Assembly (NCBI GenBank): GCA_034780895.1
Contig: JAUZTB010000135.1
Span: forward strand, 81,798,772-81,862,771
DNA from: Rhynchobatus australiae
Lineage: Eukaryota
Direction: 5' to 3'
DNA: 64,000 bases
Numbering within the stretch: the first letter of the stretch is position 1; every line of letters begins with the position of its first letter. The notes below the pieces were generated by a model. That model did not search any database. It worked only from the letters and a program-made list of their open reading frames with translations, and was not told where the DNA came from. Positions 50,538-64,000 of the stretch are shown one piece after another. The position numbers and the translations under genes were made by a program.

Positions 50538-51294
50538 AATCCATTTATCTTGAAATTAGAAAATGCAAAAGATAAGCAGCAGGATTGTTGGCATTTGTAA
50601 AGGGAAAAGGCAGATAAACATATGGGGCTTGGACACTTTGTTAGAAATGGAAAAAAAAGGAGAGGAAGAAAAAAGGTTAAAGGTAACTGATCAGGCAGTT
50701 TTCTTGAAAAATGAATGTATTCCTCCTATTTATACAATGAAAGGAGAAAGCACAATGGTAACAGAATGACAAGTCAATAAATATTTTATAAATAGGGAAG
50801 ACAAGATAACTTGCTCGTTAAAATATATTTGCACCAGTTTTTTCTCAGGACTTCTAATTAAACTTGGTATTGGTCATAAGGTTACCACTGAACACCGTAA
50901 ACCCCTGTAAATATCCACCATTAATATGGTGCTATCAGTATTTTGATAGTAGAAATTGTGCACAATTAGATTTGGAGATGCCTGTATGCATGATAAATAT
51001 ACCTTTCATGTTGGTATTTAATTGGTGCTTAAATATTGTAGATGCTCATTTTTAATCATCTATCTCCAATATAAATTGTAGACACTCTATAATGATGCAG
51101 ATCTAGTAAAGCTGTGTAACTTGTGGTAAAACTGATTCTATTTAAATTCATTTAACTCTCTACCACTCAACATTTTAAGATTTAGCATCTGTTTGAGGAA
51201 AAGCAGAAGTTAATGTTTGTAATGCTTCCAGTAAATGCCTCTTAATTCTATTTTCACAAATCCTTGCTGTTTTGAATCGATGGATTTAAGGTGA

Positions 51295-51490
51295 TAAAGA
51301 CAGCAATAGCTGGAGATACTCAGCAAGTCTGACAGCAACCGTGGAAAGAACACAAAGTTCAGATGAAGGATCATTGAACCAAAATATTTGCTCAGATTCG
51401 GTCATCAAAGACACTGCCTGGCTCACTGAGTATTTCCAGCATTTTCTTCTTTTGATTTCAGGCTTCCAGCATCTGCAGGAGTTTGCTTTT
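51295..51490. mobile_element. Fold-back Penelope terminal-repeat pair with a decayed hammerhead in the spacer
   Basis: Arms gctggagatactcag / ctgagtatttccagc; spacer agtt-cagatga-aggatcattgaacc-aaaa-tatt. Confidence 0.7.
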
Positions 51491-51597
51491 TCTATCTTTT
51501 GATCTGAGGGTGCTAGGTAATGGTTCAACAATTGAGTTTGCATTGATATAGTGTCTTTAACACAGCACATTGTCTCAAAATATTTCTCAGGAACACA

Positions 51598-51755
51598 CGT
51601 CATGTAGCAGCAGACAATCTGCTGGAAGAACTGAGTGGGTCGAGGGTGAGATTGATCCGAATCGTTGAAAATTCCTTTCCCACCACAGATGCCCAGCTGA
51701 GTTTCTCCGGAAGATTGTTGATCCAGATTCCAGCATTGGCAATGTCTTGTGCATC
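51598..51755. mobile_element. Second fold-back Penelope terminal-repeat pair
   Basis: acaatctgctggaagaactgag ... ctgagtttctccggaagattgttgatccagattccagcat. Confidence 0.55.
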
Positions 51756-53399
51756 CACTCGTGCCCCTGTGTGGGGTCACCACTGTGGCTTAAGCCAAAG
51801 GGTTATTTTTCAAATTTTAAAAAGTCTTCTTGATGAGCTCGAGAGAAAGGAAGTGAAGCCATGGTGTGCCTGATAGTATCCACAGGACATTTCTTTTTGG
51901 GTCCCATTGTCCCTTCAAATAAATCAGTCAATGTCCACTGAAGCACGAACAACACCAACAAAAGCTTGCTCACAAAATTAAGTCCATGGTCCATTTTTCA
52001 GTGAGCTGACTGGGCCCAAAGATTAACCCTGTTTTACAAGGTTTAGTGATTCCTGTTGGGAAATGGGTGTGAAGTTTTTGATCACCAGCTTGGTGGCAAG
52101 GTATGTGACAAAAAGTTGGCCAAAGTTCTCACCATGACTGTATCCATTAGCTATTCTCCCCAGATCTGGTTGAAAGGCAACTTGGTGTGGCTGCCTGCCT
52201 CTCAGAGTTTGTGTTCTGTGATTCATGTCAGTTGTCAAATTTGGAGCTGACCTGTATGGAATATTGGCTGTACCTACACCAATCATCATCAGCTGCTGGT
52301 GCAAGTGATGAGGATGCAGGAGGTACTTCCCACTTCCCTTTGGAAGGATCAGAAGAAGCTGCTCCAATTGAACACAATCAGCCTGGTCACAGGGACTCAC
52401 TGCCTACTGCCTCCTTCTGTCAGCGTCCAACCAGCCCAGGCCAGTGAATGTGGCAGCAACCAGGAACCATTGTCCTACTCTTGGGCACCTGATCTCTGGG
52501 TGCAGCCACTGGCCTGATGATCATCAAAACAGAGTGGGCCTTCAGCTGGAACTTTTGGATAGCCAGCTCTTTCTGTCAACCCCCCCANNNNNNNNNNNNN
52601 NNNNNNNNNNNNNNNNNNNNNNNNNNNNNNNNNNNNNNNNNNNNNNNNNNNNNNNNNNNNNNNNNNNNNNNNNNNNNNNNNNNNNNNNNNNNNNNNNNNN
52701 NNNNNNNNNNNNNNNNNNNNNNNNNNNNNNNNNNNNNNNNNNNNNNNNNNNNNNNNNNNNNNNNNNNNNNNNNNNNNNNNNNNNNNNNNNNNNNNNNNNN
52801 NNNNNNNNNNNNNNNNNNNNNNNNNNNNNNNNNNNNNNNNNNNNNNNNNNNNNNNNNNNNNNNNNNNNNNNNNNNNNNNNNNNNNNNNNNNNNNNNNNNN
52901 NNNNNNNNNNNNNNNNNNNNNNNNNNNNNNNNNNNNNNNNNNNNNNNNNNNNNNNNNNNNNNNNNNNNNNNNNNNNNNNNNNNNNNNNNNNNNNNNNNNN
53001 NNNNNNNNNNNNNNNNNNNNNNNNNNNNNNNNNNNNNNNNNNNNNNNNNNNNNNNNNNNNNNNNNNNNNNNNNNNTGTGGACATGTAATCAATCGTTAAA
53101 TCTGAGTGCTTGGATTAATAGATATTAATATTACTAATTTTATATTTCAATATTGTAGCTATGCAGTGCATTCTTTGATAGTACTGTTTTTGTCATGATG
53201 TACAGGTAAGTTTCATATTGAAATTGTGAGTGGTGCAATATCATTCATTTTAATCATATAAATATCGGGGGCTGAATATCAAGTACACACAGGTTGGATG
53301 GTATGATTCTGATCGAGTTCTATTATATAGTTTCTTGCTGTGAAGATTGTTTGATACAATTAGCAACATCCTTTGTGGGTATGCTTCCTCCTTTTAACA

Positions 53400-53975
53400 G
53401 AAACAGAAATGCTGGGGGTTTTGTATCGGTCATCCAACTATGTACAAAAGAAAAGGTGTGTTATTAATTTTTGCTTCAATGTGGGCTTTATTGGAAAGCC
53501 CAACCCGGCAAAGGAAAGGGACAAAACTTCTGGTTCGTGTGAACAATATGAATGCCTTACCAGCTGAAATCAAGCTGTGGTGGAGCAGAAACTGCAGTGG
53601 CTGTAATTTATGGGCAGATGCTTGCAGTTGTGAGCTACCTCCATTGTAGCAGCCTGTTTCCAGACTTCATCTACCCAAACTGTCCAATGGGATTACTGTA
53701 AGCCTTCGCAGCAGTCTGTCAGCCACTGATCAGAAATTCATATCCCTGGATATAAGATTGCTCTCTTTCTTCTGTCCTGTGACGGTTGTGATTGCTGTCA
53801 TCATGTCAGACTAAGGAATTAGCATCCTGCCTTCCTGTCCTGCTCATAATTAGTGAAGTAAACAGACAAATAGTAATTCATTCAAAATCAAACACGGTGT
53901 TGCTCACAATTGAGTAATTTAGGAAGATCATGCAGTAAATCTCTCACAGTCTGCTGCTGTTGAATGAACAACATA
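53400..53975. promoter_or_regulatory. Candidate conserved non-coding element / enhancer
   Basis: Repeat-free, high-complexity block with TAATTA, GTAAACA (Fox) and further TAATT sites; conservation not tested. Confidence 0.35.
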
Positions 53976-54557
53976 AAATAAATACCTTTTTTGTGGTTTA
54001 TTTGCTGGTATTCCAACCTACATTTCATAATCAAATCATGTGTTCACGTGTGTAAAACAAACCTCTTTGGAATCCTGTTTTGATGCTTGCTGATCCCACA
54101 TTAGGACTGTGAAGATTGCAAGCAGATAGTTTCAAGGGCACTGAATTAATCACGGGAGGCTGGTTAGCAGGAGGTTGCAGGGAGGCTTTTGAGCATCAGT
54201 TTGGGTCATATGTCTAGAGGCAATGGCTGTGGACGCATCCCATTTCTAAGCTGCTATCTGATTCTAACTGGGTGTACATTTTGAATAGAGCTATTACGAA
54301 GAAACCAGTTAATATTCTTAGTTTTAAATACATTCAATAATAAATTGTAAACATAAATAAAACCAGGATTATTTAGATTGCTTTTGTACTTTAAAATCTT
54401 CAACTTTTTTTCTAACACAATTTATGTGGTGTTCTATTCCATTGTGCCCATTGCAAACACATTTTGTGTGCCTCCGACATCAAATATTTTATTACATAAT
54501 TTACAATTCACCATGATTAACATTTTATAATTTATAGCACATGATATACATCAGTTT

Positions 54558-54558
54558 T

Positions 54559-54589
<31 letters not shown>

Positions 54590-54596
54590 ACTCTCT
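54558..54596. repeat. (CT)n microsatellite
   Basis: Direct read. Confidence 0.95.
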
Positions 54597-57500
54597 GGTT
54601 AAAGAGAAAATAGAATGGTGTGAGTGATGACATTTACTATAAAGGTGAAGGTATGTCCTCCAGTTGCATTTTGTTTGTCTGAACTAATCTGCAAGAACTC
54701 TGATTCTCCCTGGCATTAGGAGTGAATAAGCTGGGACCATTCTGACGTAAGTGTTTGCACAGATTTACTATTAACAGCTCCTGGTTTTCATCCATCCAAT
54801 CTTCTCCATCATATTTAATCATGCAAAAAGCAGCATTACTTTATCACAGCAGTTGATAAGAAAGAAAGATTTACATTAGAATGAGGGACATAGGGGAAAT
54901 ATAAATTGAAAATAATCATCAAGGAAATTTAATATTTAGACTATAGCTCCATTGGTTTTGTGATGCTCATTTAGAGCAATGATCTGCCAAAGTCCTAACG
55001 GTGAATTGATGTGATTTCTTCCTGCAGACGCTCAATGTTTTTATATTCATACCTAGAATTGATACTCATTTCCAGAGAACATGTTAATTTCTTACATCAA
55101 GACAAAGTTTACAAGTGTGTTAGCTGAATGCATCTTTTCCTAACAGAATTATTTTTGCATTCCATTGCATTTGGCATTTCAGTGCAAAACAACAAAAACG
55201 CTACTGAACCTGGAAAAAAAACTAAAAGCTAGTGGTGTAATGATGAGCTGTCAAATTGGGTCCTTAGTGACAGTGGTAATAACATTTGGGAATGATCTGA
55301 TACTTATTGATATGTAATTTAAAGAAATCTTTATCGATTTTTCTCCCTTCATGGTAATTTTTCCTGTTTCCTACCCATCCTACAGACAATGTAGCAAATT
55401 TAAAAGGATTAATATTTTCATATGATCCTTCATTATTACTTTGGAATAATCTTTATTTGACTGACAAATACAATGTGTGCTCTGCACACACTTGACTCCT
55501 GAGTATGGTCAGTCCCAGAAATCAAGCATGCCTGGGTTGGAGAGATAGCCCTTTTAAAGAATGAATGCATCATTGCTTTTTGAGAAACCTCATCTATCAA
55601 ACGATACTGTGCAGGTTTTATTTCAAGAAAGAAACATTTTTAATATGATTTGATATAATTTCTATATAGGAGAAGGAAATAGAATTTTTCTCCTTTTTGA
55701 GAAGAAATGTTTAAAATATATAATATAAATAATATAACATAATGAATACTAATATATTCTAGGGTTCTTGTTAAGAACAGAGATGTATTGTCCTACAGCG
55801 TTTGAGCATTTCATTCTCTAACCTTCACTTCCATGTAGCAGCTCTGTAGGCTTGAGTCTGTTGAACTAAACAAGGGTTGGAGACTTGGATCCCACATATT
55901 TCTGGCCACGCACTGGGAAATGTGTCTGCCTTTGAGATTTTTGATTTATTTTTGCTGTTATTTTGTAATTTTCTCTTGCCTGCTCTATCTGTCTCTTGGA
56001 GGTGTTGCAACCACTGCTTGGCAGAGCACAGACTGTCAAAGAGTCTGGATTCACAGCTGGTCCTTGGCTGCAGTTGTCACCACTTTTAATGTGGGGAGCT
56101 GAAACATTGTTCATTCATTCCATGTGGATAAAACGAGTCATTCTATATATCCAAGAAATACTATTAAATTATGAAACACAGATTATGGAAACTACTTTTC
56201 TTTAATAATTGAGGAAGGAGGCTTTCAGATGAGGCTAAACAATGTAAAAATAGTTAAGGATTCTTAATGAATTCTATAAATAAATCTATAAGTTAATAAA
56301 TGCACTGAATAGAGAGATAATAGTAGTTTCAGAATCACATTATAACGTGGGTTATTTTTTGTATTATTTTATCTTCTTCCCTTCATTCTGTCTCCGAGAG
56401 CCATGGAAGTATTCCCCGCAAGAAAGGGCAGGCAGTCAACGAGCTGTCTACTCTGTGCCAGTACTCTGTAAACTCTTTGTGTGAGGTGGGTGAGAGTGGC
56501 CTGAATTAATCACCCACAGATCTTGGTTTCTCTACCCATGGGGAAGTATCCTGAACACCCTTCTTGCAGTCCTGGTGCAGATAAATTCAGTGGCTCATCG
56601 TAAACATGTCACCACTTCACAGTATGAATCGTTGGTGGTCCAGTGTGNNNNNNNNNNNNNNNNNNNNNNNNNNNNNNNNNNNNNNNNNNNNNNNNNNNNN
56701 NNNNNNNNNNNNNNNNNNNNNNNNNNNNNNNNNNNNNNNNNNNNNNNGCTGTGCCAGCTCACAGACCAAACAGAGTTTTGAACTCAGTAACACTAAATTC
56801 ATTAAATTTGCACCCACCTATCATCCCTGAAATCAATCTTATTTTGAAGTGATTCCTTTCCAGTATATTTCAATATATTTTTTCTATTTTATTTTCTTTT
56901 TATTGCACTTTGAATCATGCTGACAATGACTCTGTTCAATTAGCTCTAGCGTTACGATTTGTATGAACTGATGTCGCAGAGACCATTTCAGTGCAGTTTG
57001 TAAATAGTGTGTGGATTGAAATTCTTGCTCTCACAACAAAATAAATCCCTAATCTGTCTGAAATGGATGGAACTAAGAATTATACTTTTCCCATAATTGA
57101 TTTTTTAAATTGATATTTAAGTGTAGACAAATCATTATATAAAGAATTGTAGCTTCATTCTGCAAGTATGACTTGTTGGGCTTACTTTCAGCATATTCTA
57201 AATACCCTGAGAGACAATCAACAAAAGAATTGCAGTTTATTTAAGACAAGTACAAGTTACCAGTGGGAAACACTTTAACGCAAATCAAATACTATGTGGT
57301 AAAATGGTGTTGGGCACCATGGATTGATATCCTTTTAAATAAGCCATTTGAATTTTGAAACAACTTTTATTATTTTTCATGAGCTTACAAAATGCAGAGT
57401 AAAAATATTTGCACAGATTATATTTGTTCAANNNNNNNNNNNNNNNNNNNNNNNNNNNNNNNNNNNNNNNNNNNNNNNNNNNNNNNNNNNNNNNNNNNNN

Positions 57501-59132
57501 NNNNNNNNNNNNNNNNNNNNNNNNNNNNNNNNNNNNNNNNNNNNNNNNNNNNNNNNNNNNNNNNNNNNNNNNNNNNNNNNNNNNNNNNNNNNNNNNNNNN
57601 NNNNNNNNNNNNNNNNNNNNNNNNNNNNNNNNNNNNNNNNNNNNNNNNNNNNNNNNNNNNNNNNNNNNNNNNNNNNNNNNNNNNNNNNNNNNNNNNNNNN
57701 NNNNNNNNNNNNNNNNNNNNNNNNNNNNNNNNNNNNNNNNNNNNNNNNNNNNNNNNNNNNNNNNNNNNNNNNNCATGGGTTCAAGGAGGAATGCATTGAT
57801 AGTCTGGAGCAGTTTAATATTTAGAAACAGCCCATTGGCAGTTAGCATATAGACCTAGGTCTTTAGATGTTCTGTCCTTCTGCTGAAGTTTTGGTGTTTA
57901 AATGTGGTAGATACCTTCAAAATAATTCTTTCAAGCTGCTATGGCTTTCTGAATTTACACATGGAAACAATAAGCCATTTAGTTCAGTGCAAGCCATTTT
58001 GGTAATACAAAATGGAAGATTAAGGATTACAGTTTTATCATTCAGCTAACGCCATTCCTTCCAATGATTTAGTTTTTTCAAATACAGTTCTAAACCCTAT
58101 TTTATTGTCTTTTGAATATCTGGAAAGGTCTGACAGAGCATGAGTATCAGAATGGAGTAATAGACAATTCAAAGAGCTAGGACTAATGCAATAAGTCATC
58201 TTTTTCACTGCCGTAAAAATCTATGATTCTACAAATAAGCAGATTTCTGATATATTCCCCTAAAATGGAAGGTGTCTGTAAAATATTTATAATTAATACA
58301 TGCATGGTATTCATTGCAGGAGAGATGTTGAATTTCAATCTAAACTTTAATTTCAAATGTTGAAATTAAGTTTTGTATTTCTGAATCTTATTGTCTTGTG
58401 TATAAACTTACTAACAGGTTTCAGGGTGACATGTTTATTTGCCTCCAAACACATGAATGAATGAGTCGATATTCATGTAGGTTATGGCATTCAATAAGTT
58501 CACTTCAATGATTTCTAACTTTTAGTTTAGTATTCCATGTTGGTAATATTAAATATTATCTGGAATATTAAATTGGTGATTTCTGATGATTTATTTGATG
58601 TGAGGTGATTTCTTTTATAAATAATGTAGCTCTCATGATAAACCATTGTATTTATTTTTCCTAGAAGAATAATATTAGCCATCGTGTTATTTTAAGATTA
58701 TTTAAATTGACAGGGATATAATTATTTCACATAACTGGAATTAAAATTTATAATTGCTTGCATGTTCTTATGAAATGAGTATCTTCTGTACTAGTTTTGT
58801 GACTACATACTAATTTTCTGAAAAAATTAAGGATAATCATTATATATTTTTTATTAAAAATGACTATTCTTACATTCTTGAACTATACTTTAATATCAGT
58901 AAAAAAATTATGGAAGTGTTAACCATTTTTTGAATAAGGTATAAGAATATTCTGCTAATATCCTAAAATTGTGTTTCATTTCTCATTGAATGATTTCTGT
59001 AGATTGCTAAATTATTTTTAGTTCATTCACAAATCTACAATTAATAATTATGTTGATTGTACTTTTGTGAGATTCACAGGATGAAACTCATGTTCAAATA
59101 TTGTTTTTAAGTTGTTAGCCTTATATTTCATA

Positions 59133-59146
59133 CCAGTAGATGGCAT
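59133..59146 (+). promoter_or_regulatory. Candidate CTCF binding site
   Basis: CCAGTAGATGGCAT matches the CTCF core CCASYAGRKGGCRS at 13 of 14 positions, in repeat-free sequence. Confidence 0.45.
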
Positions 59147-59618
59147 TGCAAGCCAGATTATCTCCATTCTTTTCAATTTGTTCACTGTAAATAAGGATGT
59201 AGGTCAGGGTGGACTTTCGAATTGCTTATAGGCAGGGACTTGTATACAGCAAAACTGACTAAACAAGCACTGAACAATGCAAGGAGCATGCCAGTACTTT
59301 GATAACATTTTTTTCTCAGAATGACCTTGCATCTAGTGTTAACAAAATACAGGTTGGATTATATCTAATCAATATACCTTTAGTGACTTTTTCATCATGA
59401 GGACTGCACTTTCGAAGTGACAATTAAGAATTATTATATTGTTCTTCTGAGAGAGGCTTCTGTGTCTTTTATGCCAGCCATTAACTGGTTATTGTAAAAG
59501 ATATAATCAAATTCTCTTGTGGAACAATAAAATGGGAAAGAAGATGATTTGTTCTAAGATTTTTATTTCCTTATCATTTTTCTTCCTTTATATTTTCCAG
59601 GGGAAATTTGACCAGTTT

Positions 59619-59620
<2 letters not shown>

Positions 59621-59654
<34 letters not shown>
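59621..59654. repeat. (TAT)n microsatellite
   Basis: Direct read. Confidence 0.97.
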
Positions 59655-62600
59655 TGTTGCTAAAGTATCAATACAGGAAAAGTATCTTTTAAGTATTGAA
59701 TTGTTTAATGTGTTCCAAAAGGAACATTGCAAATTACTTATGAGTTTTCATCAGTGGCTATTTTATTTGGTTCTGTAGAATCCTTTAACAATTTTCCACC
59801 AAATATATTGCGGCAATATTTTTTCAAGGTATAAAATGTGATTTCTGATGTTCTGAAACTGACCTTCAGCTTTTGCAGTGCACCATTTTCAATATCCAGC
59901 TGAAATCACTCAATCTATTCCAGAACATGTTACATTAAATAAGTATTTCAAGAAGNNNNNNNNNNNNNNNNNNNNNNNNNNNNNNNNNNNNNNNNNNNNN
60001 NNNNNNNNNNNNNNNNNNNNNNNNNNNNNNNNNNNNNNNNNNNNNNNNNNNNNNNGAGAAACATTCTTTTTCTGTGGGAATGACATTGGATAATTTAAAT
60101 AGTTTCTTGTTTGGGAGCTTTCCAAATAATCATCCACACACTATTAGGTTGGAAGACCCGATCACTGGAACAATGGCCAGTGTCAGGGATGAAAATGGAC
60201 GGTTTCAGACATGATGATCTATGACAGTGCCCAGAAGTCTGATGAATCATGAAAGCATATGATGTAGATACTTGGATTGCTCTGCTGCAGTGAGCAAATC
60301 TGTTATTTAATGTGTTGGCCTTTACTTTGTTTATATACGATAAAAGAAAATGATATTTGTTTGTGATGCAGATTACCAATGGCTTTTAAAGTGTTCCTGT
60401 TTTGTTTCTGCCTAAAAACCTTGCAACAATACATCACTGCATTTTAAAGTGCAGTAAACATAATAATTAGCATTGCAAACAAATTAATCATTTTAATTCT
60501 GTTTCAAGTCCCTTTAATCTTTAGGCAGTTTAATACTCCTTTGTAATTTGTGAGGACAGGAAGTTAATGAAGACAGTGGATTATGTTTTTTACAAATAAA
60601 AAATGAATACATTACATTCACTCTTAGACAACAAACATTAAGATGATTTGAATGAGACTCTGATAATATTGCTGGTCATTGTTATTTTTACTTCTGTACA
60701 GGTTCTATGAATTTTACTTAAAATGAAGTATTTTCTAAATTTGTTTTTTTCTTTAACCAAAGCAAGGAATTTTTGATTTACAAATTAATTATTGGTTAAT
60801 GAACTTCTTATATTCTGTGAACATTGCCCAAGGTGGTGGCTTTGTGGCTCATTTACCACATTACCTCTTTAGCTGGTAATTTAACAAAACATCAAATCTA
60901 GATATTTTAGCCATTATGTGTGATGCATAATAAAATTATCATGAGAAGAAATATATCATATGATGCACAGAAAAATGCAGGAAAATATTTTGCAGCTGTG
61001 GAGAATCTATTCGTTTTGTCACTTTTAACATATATGCGGCTATAAAATCAGATTAATTTTATTTTGTGTATAATCCATATTGTAATATTCTTGACATATT
61101 TAAAGCAATCTAAGTTGAAAATATAAAGCACTTCAAATTTATTGTGGAATTATTGTTTATGCTCCCATAATGTGGCATAAAAGATTGCCAAATTATTGTT
61201 CCGGTTATCTATAATTTGATTACAATTAATGCTGAAATAAATTATTTTCAAATTTTCTAAGCAGATTTTTAATTTTAAGTTTAAAATTACAGTTTGCAAA
61301 ATAAATTGATTTGTTATCTGAACAATAATTTAAGTATATTTTGACAATGCCCTTAATGTTAAATCACAGAAACAGATGATTTGTCTTTGGGTATGATGTC
61401 TTATTTTATTGTATCACTTATAGAAATGTAAAATGTTGCTGAAACTTTAAATGCTACCGCTTCCTGCAACTATCAGAAAATATGTCAATATTCTGTTCTT
61501 GAGATACACCTANNNNNNNNNNNNNNNNNNNNNNNNNNNNNNNNNNNNNNNNNNNNNNNNNNNNNNNNNNNNNNNNNNNNNNNNNNNNNNNNNNNNNNNN
61601 NNNNNNNNNNNNATACACCTATACAAATTACACTAAAATTAAGCTTCACTGATCATTGCTTGGGATAGAAGAACGTTAAAGTTGATTACTGGAATGCCAA
61701 GTAAAGTATTTTGAAAAATAACCAGGGAGCTCTTTTATGAAAATTGGAAAAAAACTTACGAATATTAAAAATTGTAATAATAAGAATATAAATGAGAGAT
61801 TTGTCAACAAAAGTAAAGGTATTTATAAATAGGATTCTAGTGCTTCGGGTACCTAAGCAGCTAAAAGCTCAGCAGTGCTCTTACAAAGCAAATTGAAACT
61901 GAAGGTTACATTCTTGTAGACTTTATCTTAAAGCAGTAAAACAAGTAGCTGCAACTACAGCTGAAGGTATTGATTTTGTAATTTCAGCAAATTAAGAACA
62001 AGACAGGAAACCTATTAAACCTTTTCACTGATTGCCATTGGTACTTTTTGGTGATGCCAGGACTGACATTTAAACCAGTCACACTGTTTTTTCTCTTTTG
62101 TAGTCAGGTGCTCTGTTTTTGGAAAAAAAATCAGAAGGAACTGAAAACAGAAGGCATCTTGGCAAAAGATATTGATTTTCATATATTGTTAGCAAACAAT
62201 ATGAAAGCTGTAGTCTGAGTAACAAAGAAGACATACAAAATAGCTTAATTTCCTATAACTAATGTGTTTGAATATATTCCCATTAATTTTTTTATTATCT
62301 GCAACAGCAAGCGCAAGGAATATTCTCTGTAATACGATTTGGTAACCTTTGGCAACAATATTATCTGTCAAATGATTTGAATAATGATTGTATTGAAAAT
62401 TTCATATGAGGCTAAGATTAATGGATATTATTATTAAATTATCTGCACTTATATTTAGGTACAACTGTGATATTTTATTGTAAAGCTGCAGTAACATTTT
62501 TCAGGGGTTTTGAAACTATTGCTTATCATCTCATCAGATTGGCTGTGTGTTTTGCTTTGTGTCTCAGTGTAATGTTTACAGACTAATTCTCTATATGATA

Positions 62601-62939
62601 TAATATCATGTCTCACTTTTTCAGTATTGTAATAAAACACNNNNNNNNNNNNNNNNNNNNNNNNNNNNNNNNNNNNNNNNNNNNNNNNNNNNNNNNNNNN
62701 NNNNNNNNNNNNNNNNNNNNNNNNNNNNNNNNNNNNNNNNAACTAAGCATCACAGTGTTTCTTCTGCTGTTTTTGTTTTATTATACAACAAATGCATTAT
62801 TGACCTACCCATGTATGATTAAAAATAGTTCAACAAATATTTGATAATCAGGTTTTAGAAATAAATATGGAACAAAAAGAATTCAACAATTAAAACATCA
62901 AGTGTTATTTTTGTACGTATTTCAATTTATTTAAACCGG

Positions 62940-63270
62940 ACAGTGAAGTGTGTGATGATGACTAGTTAGCTGGGGTAAAAGTGAATTTATTTTCCTTACA
63001 GTGGAAATGTCATTGTTGAATCCTACTTCCATTTTAGAAGGCATTGAAATGGGCACTGAATCTGTGGGAAAATCACAGGTTAATTCATTGATTGCCCCTT
63101 GGAAATTACTGCTGTTAATTGTTAGGTAATTAACGCCATGCTGCAATTATGTTGGCCTTAGGGGGTGATTAATGTTTCAACATGTCACATTAGCAGTGTC
63201 TGGATTCTAAAAGCATTCCTTTCACATTAGATTTACAGAACAGATGGTTTATTGTCTGTGGTAACATTTT
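62940..63270. promoter_or_regulatory. Candidate conserved non-coding element / enhancer
   Basis: About seven TAAT/ATTA sites in 63078-63195 plus E-box CAGATG; repeat-free; conservation not tested. Confidence 0.35.
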
Positions 63271-64000
63271 TTTCTTTTATTACAATCTGAGTTAGACATT
63301 TTTTTTGTTTTAATCAATTAACTACTCCATTAGTTGTGCCTGAAAAATGATTGTGTAATACAAAATTATTCAGCCAGTAAATTATCAGAAACCTTGTCTG
63401 GTTTAGATCCACTGGCTGCTCTTTTTCTTTTTGTAAATACCTTTTTTTTATATATTTGAATTTTAGTGCCAAGTGTCAGTATATCCAGAAAACCCTCCCG
63501 CCATTTGGTGCTTAGGCATTGAGTTGACATTGATCACATTGGCTGTGGACTTGTTGTGGCGATATCTCTAGCATTAACACCTCTGGCTAATCAGCCTGAC
63601 AGAACTTGGACCCAGACTGAAAAGCCGATCACGTCCTCAGAAGAGGCTGAAGTGACAAGGCCACCACCCCTTAAGGTCACATTTATCAAGAATTGCAGAG
63701 ACCTGAATTCCAAGCCAGTAACTATACATTTACAACTAATTCCCATTTGAAACGGAAGATTCCTGTTTGCAATTTTAAAATGTCACTCCACAAAGTCATC
63801 TGAAAAGATCTTTTATTCACTATTTGTTGTTAATTTCACTTGATGTTTTATTGTCATTCTTGAGTTTAATATTACAAATTAAGAAACAATTTATTCTGTT
63901 AAAGTTAATGTGTTATTGAGGTTTAATGGTTTGTACATTTCGCTTAGAATAATAAGAGTAATGACACTGGCAAATTTCTAATTCATGGTTTACATCGCGC

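Noticed and set aside
54624-54685. Box C (GTGATGA) ... box D (CTGA) snoRNA-like arrangement
   Set aside because: No convincing terminal stem outside the boxes and no recognisable rRNA/snRNA guide
58342-58373. AT-rich near-perfect hairpin aaactttaatttcaa/ttgaaattaagttt
   Set aside because: Low-complexity AT sequence; expected by chance in this region
63480-63720. Possible LF-SINE-like ancient repeat
   Set aside because: Similarity to the recalled consensus is too weak to call

Overview
Eukaryotic non-coding DNA from a gap-rich draft assembly, most likely a cartilaginous fish. The repeat content points to a batoid (ray or sawfish): HE1-like V-SINEs, elasmobranch-type CR1, Rex1/Babar, RTE and Penelope fragments. 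I cannot support any intact host protein-coding gene, and the long ORFs in the track are N-gap artefacts. About the first 52 kb is a mosaic of decayed, often nested retroelements. About the last 11 kb is AT-rich and nearly free of transposons, with homeodomain/Fox-site-dense blocks and a CTCF-like motif, as expected in a large intron or gene desert near a developmental regulator. Most notable signals: (i) decayed type I hammerhead-ribozyme cores in Penelope terminal repeats, several in short fold-back units; (ii) two V-SINEs with the same head and core but tails from different LINE clades; (iii) an exact 18-bp direct repeat bracketing a 1.06-kb segment; (iv) an Otx/Crx/Pitx-type site cluster. 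Family names come from recalled motif similarity, not database searches, and element boundaries are approximate (tens of bp).
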